From the NCBI RefSeq assembly GCF_009914755.1, contig NC_060926.1: a DNA stretch of 64,000 nt; one strand, written 5' to 3'. This document shows positions 45,301 to 58,500 of the stretch, piece after piece. This DNA is from the human T2T-CHM13v2.0 reference genome, Homo sapiens. The stretch's first letter is position 1. Each line of letters starts with the position of its first letter. The notes beneath the pieces were generated by a model. It searched no databases and was not told the DNA's origin. It saw only the letters and a program-made list of their open reading frames with translations. A program made the translations under genes and the position numbers.

Positions 45301-46199
45301 CCTTTCCTTTCCATTCCATTCCATTACATACGAGTCCATTCCATTCCATTGCATTCCATTCAGGTCCATTCCATTCCATTTAATTCGAGTCCACTACATT
45401 GCATTCCATCCCATTCGATTCCCTTCCATTCCATTCCACTAGAGTCCATTCCATTCCATTCCTTTCCATTGCATTCCATTCCATTCCATTCAGGTCCATT
45501 CCATTCCATTCGAGTCCACTACATTCCATTCCATCCAATTCGAGTCCATTCCATTCTGCTCCACTCGATTCATTTCCATTCCATTCCATTGGATTTCATT
45601 CCATTCAATTCCGTTCCAGTCCATTCCATTCCATTCCATTCTATTCTATTCCATTCATTTCGTGGAGACTTATTTCCATTCCATACCATTCGAATCCATT
45701 CCATTCTATTCCATTCAAGTACTTTCCAATCTATTCTATTCCATTCGAGTCCGTTTCATTCCATTCCTTTCCAGTCCATTTGAATCCATTCTTCTTCATT
45801 CCATTCGAGTACATTGAATACCAAACCATTCCACTGGAGTCCATTCTATTCCATTAGACTCCATTCCATTTAATTTCATTTGAGTCCATTCCATTGCCTT
45901 CCATTCTATTCCATTCCATGTCATTCCATTCCAATCCATTCCATTCCATTCCATTTCATTCCTTTCAATTATATTTCAGACCATTATATTCCATTCCAAT
46001 CGTGTCGATTCCATTCCATTCTATTCCAGTTCATTCCTCTCCATTCGATTCCTTTTTATTCCATTCCATTCGGATCCATTCAACTCTTTCCATTCGAGTC
46101 CATTGCATTCCATTCCATTCCATTCAATTTTGTTCCTTTCCACTGTAAGCCATTCGAGTTCATTCCACTGCATTCCATTTCATTTGATTCCATTCCAAT

Positions 46200-49100
46200 C
46201 AATTCCATTCTATTCCACTTGGGTGGTTTCTATTGCATTCCATTCCATACGTTTCCATTCCATTTCATTTGAATTCATTTTTTTCCATTCCATTCGATTC
46301 GATTCCATTTCATTCCATTCCATCCCATTCCATTCCTTTCCATTCTAATGCAATCCATTCAAATCCTTTCCATTCCATTCCACTCCATTCCATTCCTTTC
46401 CATTCAACTCCATTCCATTCCTTTCCATTCCATTCCAGTCCATTCCATTCCATTCCATTCCATTCCATTCCTTTCGGGTCCATTCTCATCAACTGCATTC
46501 AATTCGAATCCATTCCGTTCTATTCCATTCCTTACCATTCCATTACATTCCATTTCATTCCATTCCATTGCATTCAATTCCATTCCATTCCATTCGTGTC
46601 TATTCCATTCCATTCCATTCCACTCGGGTTGATTCCAATCCATTCCATTCCATTGCATTCCATTCCTTTCCATTCCATTGCATTCCATTCCATTCCATTC
46701 CATTCCATTCCATTCCACTCTGCTTGATTCCATTCCACTCCAATCCATTCCATTCAATTCCACTCGGGTTGATTGAATTCGATTCCATTTCATTTTATTC
46801 CATTCCATTCCATTCCATTCCATTCCATTCCATTCCATTCCACTCTTGTTGATTCCATTCCATTCCATTCAATTGCATTGCATTCCATTCGATTCCATTC
46901 CAGTTGATTCCGTTTCATTCCATTCCATTCCATTCCACTAGGGTTGATTCCACTCCATTCCATTCCATTCCACTCGGGTTGATTCAATTCAATTCCATTC
47001 CATTCCATTCCATTCCATTCCTTTCCACTCGGGTTGACTCAATTCCATTCACTTCCATTCCATTCCACTCGGGTTGATTCCATTCCTTTCCATTCCTTTC
47101 CCTTCCCTTCCGTTCCATTCCATTCCACTCCATTCCGTTCCTTTCCATTCCACTCCATTCCATTCCTTTCCATTCCATTCCAGTCCATTCCATTCCGTTC
47201 CATTCCGTTCCATTCCTTTCGGGTCCATTCTCATCAACTGCATTCAATTCGAATCCATTCCATTCTATTCCATTCCTTACCATTCCATTACATTCCATTT
47301 CATTCCATTCCATTGCATACAATTACATTCCATTCCATTCGTGTCTATTCCATTCCATTCCATTCCACTCGAGACCATTCCACTGCATTCAATCTCATTC
47401 GTGTCCATCAAATTCAGTTCCATCCCATTCCACTCGACTCGACTCCTTTACGTTCCATTTCATTCAAATACATTCCAATTCATTTGAGTCCATTCTGTTC
47501 CACTCCATTCCAGTAGAGTATATTTCATTTCATACATTTCCATTCCATTCCATTCCTTTCCATTGCGTTCGGGTCCAATCAATTCAAATGCATTCCCATT
47601 GATTCCATTCCATTCCCTTCCATTCCATTCATTTACATTCCTTTCGGGTCCAATCATTTCCGTTCCATTCGAGGCCATTCCTTTCCACTCCATTCCATTC
47701 CACTCGAGTCCATTTCTATACATTCCTTCCCATTCGAGTCCATTCCATTCCATTGCATTACATTCTTGTCCATTCCAGTCCTTTCCATTCGAGTCTGTTC
47801 CATTCCATTACATCCCATTCGAGTCCATGCCATTCCAATCCATGCCATTCCACTCCATTCCAGTCTTGCCTTTCCATTCTTTTCCATTCTATTACTATCC
47901 CTTCCATTCCACTCCATTTGAATATATTCAATTACATTCCATTCCATTCGAGTCCGTTCTATTCCATTCTGTTAGATTCGAGTCCGTTTCATTCCATCCA
48001 ATTCAATTCAACTGCATTCCATTTGATTCCATTCCATTCCATTTCATTCCATTCCATTCCATTCCACTCTACTTGATTCCATTCCATTCCATTCCATTCC
48101 ATGCCATTCCATTCCACTCTGATTGATTCCACTCCATTATATTCCATTCCATTCCATTCCACTCGGGTTGATTCCATTCCATTCCATTCCATTCCATTGC
48201 ATTCCCTTCCATTCCATTCCATTCCATTCATGTTGATTCCATTCCATTCCATTCCATTCCAATCCATTCCATTCCATTCCACTCGGGTTGATTGAATTCA
48301 ATTCCAATTCATTCTATTCCATTCCATTCCATTCCACTCTTGTTGTTTCCATTCCATTCCATTCAATTGCATTGCATTCCATTTGATTCCATTCCAGTTG
48401 ATTCCTTTCCATTCCATTCCATTCCATTCCATTCCACTAGGGTTGATTCCATTCCATTCCATTCCACTTGGGTTGATTTCATTCAAATCCATTCCATTCC
48501 ATTCCATTCCATTCCATTCCACTCGGGTTGACTCAATTCCATTCACTTCCATTCCATTCCACTCAGGTTAATTCCATTCCATTCCATTCCTTTCCCTTCC
48601 CTTCCATTCCATTCCATTCTAATCCATTCCATTCCATTCCATTCCACCCGGGTTGATTCCAATCCATTCCATTCCATTCCTTTCCATTCCATTCCATTCC
48701 ACTGCATTCCATTCCATTCCATTCCATTCCACTCGGGTTGATTCCATCCCATTCCATTCAGTTGCATTGCATTCCATTCCATTCCATTCCAGTTGATTCC
48801 ATTCCATTCCATTCCATTCCATTCCATTCCACTAGGTTTGATTCCATTCCATTCCATTCCATTCCATTCCATTCCATTCCATTTCATTCCTTTCCATTCC
48901 ACTCTATTCCACTCGGGTTGATTACAATTCACTGCATTATATTCCATTCCATACGATTCCATTCCCTTCCATTCCATTCCACACAGGTTGATTCAATTCC
49001 ATTCAATTCCATTCAATTTCATTCCATTCCGCTCGGGTTGATTCCATTCCATTCCATTCCATTCAAGTTGAATCCCTTAAATGCCAATCCATTCCTTTCC

Positions 49101-52100
49101 ATTCCATGCGTGTTGATTCCATTCAATTCCATTCCATTCCATTCCATGCCATTCCATTATATTGCATTCCATTCCATTCCTTTACAGTTGATTCCATTCA
49201 ATTCCATTCCATTCCATTCCATTCCATTCCATTCCATTCTATTGCATTCCAGTCGTGATGATTCCACTCAATTCCAGTCCATTCCATTACATTCCAGTTG
49301 ATTTCATTCCTTTAAATTCTATTCCATTCCATTCCATTTCATTCCATTCAATTCCTTTCCATTCCACTCGGGTTGATTCCATTCCATTCCATTCCATTCC
49401 ATTCCAATCAGGTTGATTCCATTCCATTCCATTCCATTCCATTCCATTCCATTCCATTCTATTCCATTCCATTCCACTCGGGTTGATTCCATTCCACTGA
49501 ACTCAATTCCATTCCATTCCATTCCACTCGGGTTGATTCCATTCCATTCCGTTCCATTTCATTCCATTCCATTCCATTCCAATCCATTGCATTCTATTCC
49601 AGCTGATTCCATTCCATTCCATGCCATTCCATTCGTGTTGATTCCATTCCATTCCATTCCATTCCATTCCATTCCATTCCATTCCATTCCATTCCATTCC
49701 ATTCCACTCAGGTTGATTCTATTCCATTCCATGCCATTCCATTCCATTCTATTCCAATCCATTCCATTCCACTCTATTCCACTCGTGTTGATTACATTCG
49801 ATTCCATTATATTCAATTCCATTCTATTCCATTCCATTCCACTCGGTTAGATTCCATTCCATTCCATTCCATTCCATTTCATTCCATTTCGCTTGGGTTG
49901 ATTCCATTCCATTCTATTCCATTCCATTCCATTCCATTTCACACGGGTTGATTCCATTGCATTCCATTCCATTCCATTCCATTCTATTCGATTCCATTCC
50001 ATTTCATTCCACTCGGGTCGATTCCATTCTGTTCCATTCTATTCCATTCAATTCCGTTCAACTTGGGTTGATTCCATTCCATTCCATTCCATTATATTCC
50101 ATTCCATCCAATTCAATTCCATTCCATTCCACTCGGGTTGATTCCATTCTGTTCCATTCCATTCCATTCCCTTCCATTCCACTCGGGTTGATTCCATTCT
50201 GTTCCATTCCATTCCATTCCCTTCCATTCCAATCGGGTTGATTCCATTCCATTTCATTCCATTCCATTCCACTCGGGTTGATTCAATTCTATTGCAATCC
50301 ATTCATTTCCATTCCATTGCAATCGGTTTGATTCCTTTCCTTTCCATTCCTTTCCATTCCAGGCCATTACTCTCAGGTTGATTCCATTCAGTTCCATTCC
50401 ATTGAATTCCATTCCATTCCATTCCATTCCACTCGAGTTGTTTCTACTCTGTTCCATTGCATTCCATTACACTCGTGTTGATTCCATTTCTTTCCATTTC
50501 ATTCCATTGCCTTCCATTACACTCGTGTTGATTCCATTTCTTTCCATTTCATTCCATTGCCTTCCATTCCATTCCATTCCATTCCATTGCATTCCATTCC
50601 TTTCAATTCCATTCCACTCACGTTGATTCCATTCCATTCCATTCCATTGCTTTCCATTCTATTCCACTAGAGTTGATTCCTTTCCATTTCATTCCATTCC
50701 ATTCCATTCCACTCGAGTTGATTCCATTCCATTCCATTACATTACATTACATTCCACTCGGGTTGATTCATTTCCATTCCATTCCATTCCATTGCATTCC
50801 ATTGCATTCCACATGGGTTGTTTCTATTCCATTCCATTTCATTCCATTCCATTCCACTCTGGTTGATTCCATTCCATTCCATTCCATTATATTCCATTCA
50901 ATTCCATTCCTTTCCATTCCAGTGCATTCCACTCCAGTTGATTCCATTCCTTTCCATTCCATTCCATTGCGTTCCATTCCACTCGCGTTAATTCTATTCC
51001 ATTCCATTCCATTCTATTCCATTCCTTTCCACTCGTATTGGTTCCATTCCTTTTCATTCCCCTCCATTCCATTCGATTTCATTGCATTCCATTCCATTTC
51101 ATTCCATTCCACTCGGATGGATTCCATTACATTCAACTCCATTCCATTCCATTCCATTCCATTCCATTCCATTCCATTCCACTCGGTTTGATTCCATTCC
51201 ATTCCATTCCATTCCATTCCATTCCACTCCATTCCATTCCGTTCCACTCGGGTTGATTCCATTCCATTCCATTCCATTTCATTCCATTCCATTCCATTCC
51301 ACTCCATTCCATTCCGTTCCATTCCATTCCACTCGGTTTGATTTCATTTCATTCCATTCCATTCCATTCCATTCCATTCCATTGCATTCCACTAGGGTTG
51401 ATTCCATTCCATTCCATTTCATTCCATTCCAATCCATTCCATTCCTTTTCACTCGGGTTGATTCCATTCCTTTCCATTCCATTCCTTTCCATTCCATTCC
51501 ATTAAACTCGTGTCGATTCCATTCCATTACATTCCATTCAAGTCCATTCCATTCCACTCGGGTTCATTCCATTCCATTCCATTCCATTCCATCTCATTTC
51601 ATTCCATTCCATTCCACTCGGGTTGATTCCATTCCATTCCATTCCACTCCAATCCATTCCATTCCATTCCACTCAGGTTGAATCCATTGCATTCGGTTCC
51701 ATTTCGTTCCATTCCATTCCAATTCATTCCGTCCCTCTCGGGTTGACTTAATTTCATTCCATTCCAATCCTTTCCATTCCATTCCACTCGGGTTCATTCC
51801 ATTCCATTCCATTCCATTCCATTCCATTCCATTCCATTCCATTCCATTGCATTCTAGTTGATTCAATTCCATTTGTTTCCATTCCATTCCATTCCATACC
51901 CCTCGTGTTGATTCCATTCCATTCCGTTCCATTCCAAACCATTCCATTCCATTTCAGTTGATTCCATTCCATTCCATTCCAATCCATTCCGTGCCATTCC
52001 ATTCTACTCCATGCCACTCGGGTTGATTGCATTCTATTCCATTCCATTCCATTCCATTCCATTCCATTCCATTCCATTCACTTGGGTTGATTCCATTCCA

Positions 52101-55100
52101 TTCCATTCCATTACATTACATTACATTACATTCCACTCGCGTTTTTCCATTCCATTGGATTGCATTACATACCATTCCGTACCATCCCAATCGGTTTGAT
52201 TACCTTCCGTTCCATTCTGTTGCATTCCATTCCATAAACTTCCATTCCAGTTGATTCCATTCCATTCCATTCCATTCCATTTCATTCCACTCGGGATGAT
52301 TCTAATCCTTTCCATTCCATTCCAATCTATTCCATTCCATTCAACTCGGTTTGATTCCATTCCATTCCATTCCATTCGATTCCATTCCATTTCATTCCAT
52401 TCCATTCCTTACCATTCTACTCGTGTTGATTCCATTCCATTCCATTCCATTTCATACCATTCCAGTTTTTTCCATTCCATTCCATTCCATTCTATTCCAT
52501 TCCATTCCATTCGCGTTGATTCCATTCCTTTCCATTCCATTCCAGTCCATTCCCCTCGGGATGATTCCATTCCATTCCATTCCATTCCATTCCATTCCAT
52601 TCCATTCCATTCCATTCCACTCGGGTTGATTCCATTCCATTTCATTCCATTGTATTCTTTCCATTCCATTCCATTCCATTCCACTCGGCTTGATTCCATT
52701 CCATTCCATTTCATTCCATTCCATTCCGTTCGGTAAATTCCATTCTATTCCACTCCGGTATATTCCATTCCAATCCATTCCATTCCATTCCATTCCATTC
52801 CACTCTGGTTGATTCCATTCCATTCCATTCAATTCCATTCCATTCATTCCATTCCACTCGGGTTGATTCCATTCCTTTCCATTTCATTCAATTCCATTCC
52901 ATTCTGGTTCACACCATTCCATTGCATTCCATTCCGTTCCATTAAATTCCATACAATTACATTCCATTCCACACGTTTTGATTCCATTCCATCCCATTCA
53001 ATTCTATTCCATTCCATTCCATTCCATTCCATTCCTCTCGGGTTGATTCAATTCCGTTCCTATCCATTCTTTTCCATTTCATTCCACTCGGGTTGATTCC
53101 ATTCCATTCCATTCCATTCCATTCCATTTCATTCGGGTTGGTTCCATTCCATTTCTTTCCATTCCATTCCATTCCACTCCACACTGATTGATTTCATTCC
53201 AGTCCCTTCTATTCCTTTCCATTCCATTCCATTCCATTCGACTCGTGTTAATTCCACACAATTCCATAACATTCCATTTCATTCCATTGATTCCATTCCA
53301 CTCGGATTGATTCCATTCCATTCTATTCTTTTCCACTCGGGTTGATGCCATTCCTTTCCATTCCCTTCCATTCCATTCCACTCGGGTTGATTCAATTCAA
53401 TTCCATTCCATTCCATGCCACTCCATTCCATTCAACTCCGGTTGATTCCATTCCATTCCATTCCATTCCGCTTCTTTCCATTCCATTCCATTCCATTCCT
53501 GTTGATTCCATTCCATTGCATTCCATTCCATTCCATTCCATTCCATTCCACTCGTGTTGATTCCATTCCATTCCATTCAACTCCGTTCCATTCCATTCCA
53601 TTCCATTCCATTCCACTCAGATTGATTCCATTCCATTTCATTCCATTCCACTCCATTCCATTCGAATACTTTCCACTCGGGTTGATTGCATTCCATTTCA
53701 TTCCATTTCATTCCATTCCATTCCATTCCATTCCATTCCATTCCATTCCATTCCACTAGGATTGATTCCATTCCATTCCATTCCATACCTTTCCACTCTG
53801 GTTGTTTCCATTCCATTACTATTCATTCCATTCCATTTAATTCAATTCCATTCGATTCCCTTCCATTCCATTTCAGTTGATTCCATTCCATTCCATTCCA
53901 TTCCATTCAGATTGATTCTATTCCATTCCCTTCAATTCCACTCGGGTTAATTCCATTCAATTCAGTTCCGTTCCATTCCAGGCCATTCCATTCCATTCCA
54001 CTCAGATTGATTCTATTCCATTCCATTCCGTTCTATTCCATTCCGTTCTATTCCATTCCATTCCATTCCATTCCATTCCATTCCATTCCATTCGTATTGA
54101 TTCTATTCCATTCCATTCCATTCCATTCCATTCGTATTGATTCTATTCCATTCCTTTCCATTCCATTCCATTCCAATTGTGTTGATTCCATTCCATTCCT
54201 TTCTATTCCATTTTATTTCACTGGGGTTGATTCCATTGCATAGCATGCCTTTCCACTCGTGTTGATTCCATTCCATTCCATTCCATTCCATTCCATTCCA
54301 TTGCATTCCATTCCACTAGGGTTGATACCATTCCATTCCATTCCATTCAGGTTTATTCCTTTCCATTCCATTCCATTCCATTCCATTCCATTCCATTCCA
54401 TTCCTTTCCTTTACATTCGATTTCATACCATTCCACTCGGGTTTATTCCAATCCATTCCATTCCATTCCATTCCATTCAACTCCATTTCATTCCATTTCA
54501 TTCCCCTCGGATTGATTCAATTCCATTCCTTTTCATTCCATTCCATTCCATGCCATTCCAGTTGATTCCATTCCATTCCGTTCCTCTCCATTCCACTCCT
54601 TTACATTACATTGCATTCCATTGTATTCCACTCACGTTGATTCTATTCCATTCCATTCCATTCCACTCGGGTTGATTCCATTCCCTTCCATTACATTCTA
54701 TTCCATTCCACTCCACTCGCTTTGATTCCATTCCATTGAATTCCATTCCATTCCATTCCACTGGCGTTGATTCCATTCCATTCCATTCCATTCAATTCCA
54801 TTCCACTCGTGTTGATTCAAATCCATTACATTACATAACATTACATTACATTAACTTCCATTCCAGTTGATTCCATTCCATTTTTTTCAATTCCATTCTA
54901 CTCCACTCTCGTTGATTCCATTCCATTCCTTTTCATTCCATTCCATTCCACTCCATTCCTTTCCACTCGGGTTGTTTCCATTCCATTCCTTTCCATTGAA
55001 TTCCATTCCACTCGTGTTGATTCCTTTCCATTCCATTCCATTCCATTAGATTCCATTCCATTCCACCCTGGTTGATTCCATTCCATTTCATTTCTTTCCA

Positions 55101-55501
55101 TTCCATTCTATGTCTTTGCATTGCATTGCATTCCACTCGGGTTGATTCCATTTCATTCTATTCCATTCCATTCCGTTCCTTTCCATTAAAGTCCTCTCGG
55201 GTTTATTGCATTCCATTCCATTCCATTATATACCATTCCACTCCATTCCATTCCATACAATTCCACTCTGGTTGATTCCATTCCATTCCATTCCATTCCA
55301 TTCCATTCCATTCCATTCTATTCCACTGGGGTTGATTCCTTTCCATTTGATTCCATTCCATTCCATTCTACTCGGGTTGATTTGATACCATTCCATTCCA
55401 TTCCATTCCATTCCGTTCCACTCTGGTTCATTCCATTCGATTCCAATCCATTCCATTGCATTCCGTTGCATTCCACTCGTGATGATTCCATTCCTTTCCA
55501 A
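46200..55501 (+). repeat. HSat3: purer (ATTCC)n punctuated by the 10-mer ACTCGGGTTG (classical satellite III motif)
   Basis: CACTCGGGTTGATTCC and its variants (ACTCGTGTTG, ACTAGGGTTG, ACTCAGGTTG) recur every few tens to ~100 bp from 46621 onward. The left boundary is gradual, with older-type patches at ~47370-48050. Confidence 0.92.
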
Positions 55502-58500
55502 TTCAAACTGAGTGGAATGAAATGGAATGGAATGGAATGGAATGGAATGGAATGGAAACATCCCGAGTGGAAATGAAAGGAATGGAATTGAATGCAATGG
55601 AATGGACTGGAATTGAATGGAATGGATTGGAATGGAATGGAATGGATTAGAATGGAATGGAAAGGAAAGGAATCAACTCGAGTGGAATGGAATGGAATGG
55701 AATGCAATGGAAGGGAACTGAAAGGAATGGAATGGTATGGAATGGAATGGAATGGAATGAAATAGAATTAACACCAGTGGAATGTAATGAAATGTAAAGG
55801 AAAGTAATGGAATTAACTGGAATGGAATGAAATGGAATGGAATCAACACGAGTGGAATGGAATGGAATGGAATGGAATAGAATCGAAACAACTGGAATGG
55901 AATGGAATGGAAGGGAAGGGATTGGAATGGAATGGTATCATTCTCAGTGAAATGGACTGGATTGGAATGGAATGGAATGAAATGTAATGGAATGAAATCA
56001 ACCCGAGTAGAATGGAATGGAATGGAATGGAATGAACACGAGTGAAATGGAATGGAATGTAATGGAATGGAATTGAAAGGAATGTAATGAAATGGAATCA
56101 ACCCGAGTGGAATGGAATGGAATGGAATGGAATGGAATGGAATGGAATAGAACGGAATGGAATGAAATGGAATGGAATGGAGTCAAACGGAGTGGAATGG
56201 AATGGAAAGGAATGTAATGGAATGGAATGGAATCAACAGGAATGGAATGGAATGGAATGGAATGGAATGGAATCAACAGGAATGGAATGGAATGGAATGG
56301 AATGGAATGGAATGGAATGGAATGGAATCGAAGGGAAGGGAATCAACCCGAGTGGAATGGAATGGAATGGAATGGAATGGAATGAAATCAACCCGAGAGT
56401 AATAGAATGGAATTTAATGGAATGGAATGGAATGGAATCAACTGGAATGGAATGGAATAAAATGGACTGGAAAGAAATCAACCCGAGTGGAATGGAACGG
56501 AATGGAAAGGAAGGGAATGGAATGGAATGGAATGGAATGGAATGGAATGAACCCAAGTGGAATGGAATGCAATGGAATGGAATGGAATGGAATGGAATGG
56601 AATGGAATGGAATGAACCCAAGTGGAATGGAATGCAATGGAATGGAATGGAATGGAATGGAATGGAATGGAATGGAATGGAAAGGATTCAACCTGATTGG
56701 AATGGAAGGGAATGGAATTGTATGGATTGGAACCAACCCGAGTGGAATGGAATGGAATGGAATGGAATGGAATGGAATGGAATGGAATCAACCCGAGTGC
56801 AATGGAATGGAATTGAATAGAATGGAATGGAATCAACCCTAGTGGAATGGAAAGGAATGGAATGGAATGGAATGGAACAGAATGGAATCAACCCGAGTGG
56901 ATTGGAAAGGAATGTAATGGAATGGAATGGAATGGAGTCAATCCGAGGGAAATGACATGGATTGGAATGCAATGGAATGGAATGGAAGGGAATGGAATAG
57001 AATGGAAAGGATTGGAATCAAAAGGAATGGAATGGAATGGAATGGAATGGAATGGAATGGAATGGAATCAACCCTAGTGGAAAGGAATGATATGGAATGG
57101 AATGGAATGGAACGAAATGGAATGGAATGAAATAAATCTGAGTGGATTGGAATGGAATGGAATGGATTAGAATGGAATGGAATGGAATCAACACGACTGG
57201 AATAGAATGGAATGGATTGGAAAGGAATGAAATCAACCTGAGTGGAATGGAATGGAATGGAATAGAATGGAATGGAATGGAATCAACTGCAATGGAATGG
57301 AATGCAATGGAATGGAATGGAATGGAATGGAATTCAATAGAATGGAATCAACAAAATTGGAATGGAATGGAGTGGAAGGGAAAGGAATGGAATGGAATGG
57401 AATGGAATTTAATGGAATGGAATCAACCCGAGTGGAATGGAATGGAATGGAATGGAATGGAATGGAATGGAATGGAATGGAATGGAATGGAAAGCAATGG
57501 CAAGAATTGGAATGGAAAGGAATCGACCCGAATGGAATGGAATGTAATGAAATGGAATGGAATGGAATGGAAGGGAATGGAGAAGAATGGAATGCAATGG
57601 AATGGAATGGAATGGAATGGAATGGAATGGAATGGAATGGAATGGAATGCAATCAACACGAATGGAATGGTTTGGAATTTAATGGAACGGAATAGAATGT
57701 AATTGAATGGAATCAACCCGTGTAGAATGGAATACAATGGATTGGAATTGAATGGAATTGAATTGAAAAAATCCGAGTGGAATGGAATGGAATGGAATGG
57801 AATGGATTGGAATGGAATGGAATGGAATGGAATGGAATGGTATGCAATGGAATGGAATGCAATGGAATGGAATGAATTGGAATGTAATCAACCCGAGTGG
57901 AATGGAATGGAATGGAATCGTATTTAATGTTTTGGAATGGTATCAAAATGAGTGGAATGGAATCGATGGGAATGGAATGGAATGCAATGGAATGGAATGG
58001 AATGGAATGGATTGGAATGGAATCAACCCGAGTGGAATGTAATGTAATGTAATGGATTGGAATAGAATGGAATGGAACGCAATGAAACAGAGTAGGATAG
58101 AATGGAATGAAAAGGAATTGAATTGAATTGAATGGAATGGAATCAACAAGATTAGAATGGAATGGAGTGGAATGGAATTGAATGGAATGGAATGGAATCA
58201 ACCCGTGTGGAATGGAATGGAATGGAACGGAACGGAATGCAATGGAATGGAATGGAATGGAATGGAATGGAATGGAATGGAATGGAATGGAATGGAATGG
58301 TATGGAATGGAATAGAATCAAACCGAGTGGAATGGAAAGGAATGGAATGGCATGGAATGGAATGGAATGAAATGGGATAGAAGGGAATGGAATCAACCCG
58401 AGTGGAATGGAATGGAATGGAATGAAACTTAAAGGAATGTAAGGGAAAGGAATGGAATGGAAACAACCCGAGTGGAATGGAATGAAATGGAATGGAATGG

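Larger units (their letters stand above)
30428..46200 (+). repeat. Human satellite 3 (HSat3), diverged (CATTC)n layers with GAGTC/CGATT variants, CATTC on +
   Basis: Strict 5-bp phase CATTC with variants (GAGTC, CTTTC, TATTC) and no (ATG)n spacers. The landmark AATCAATTACATTGCAATCCATTACATT recurs at 30791, 31795, 32719, 33569, 36289 and 37139. The right boundary is gradual. Confidence 0.92.
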
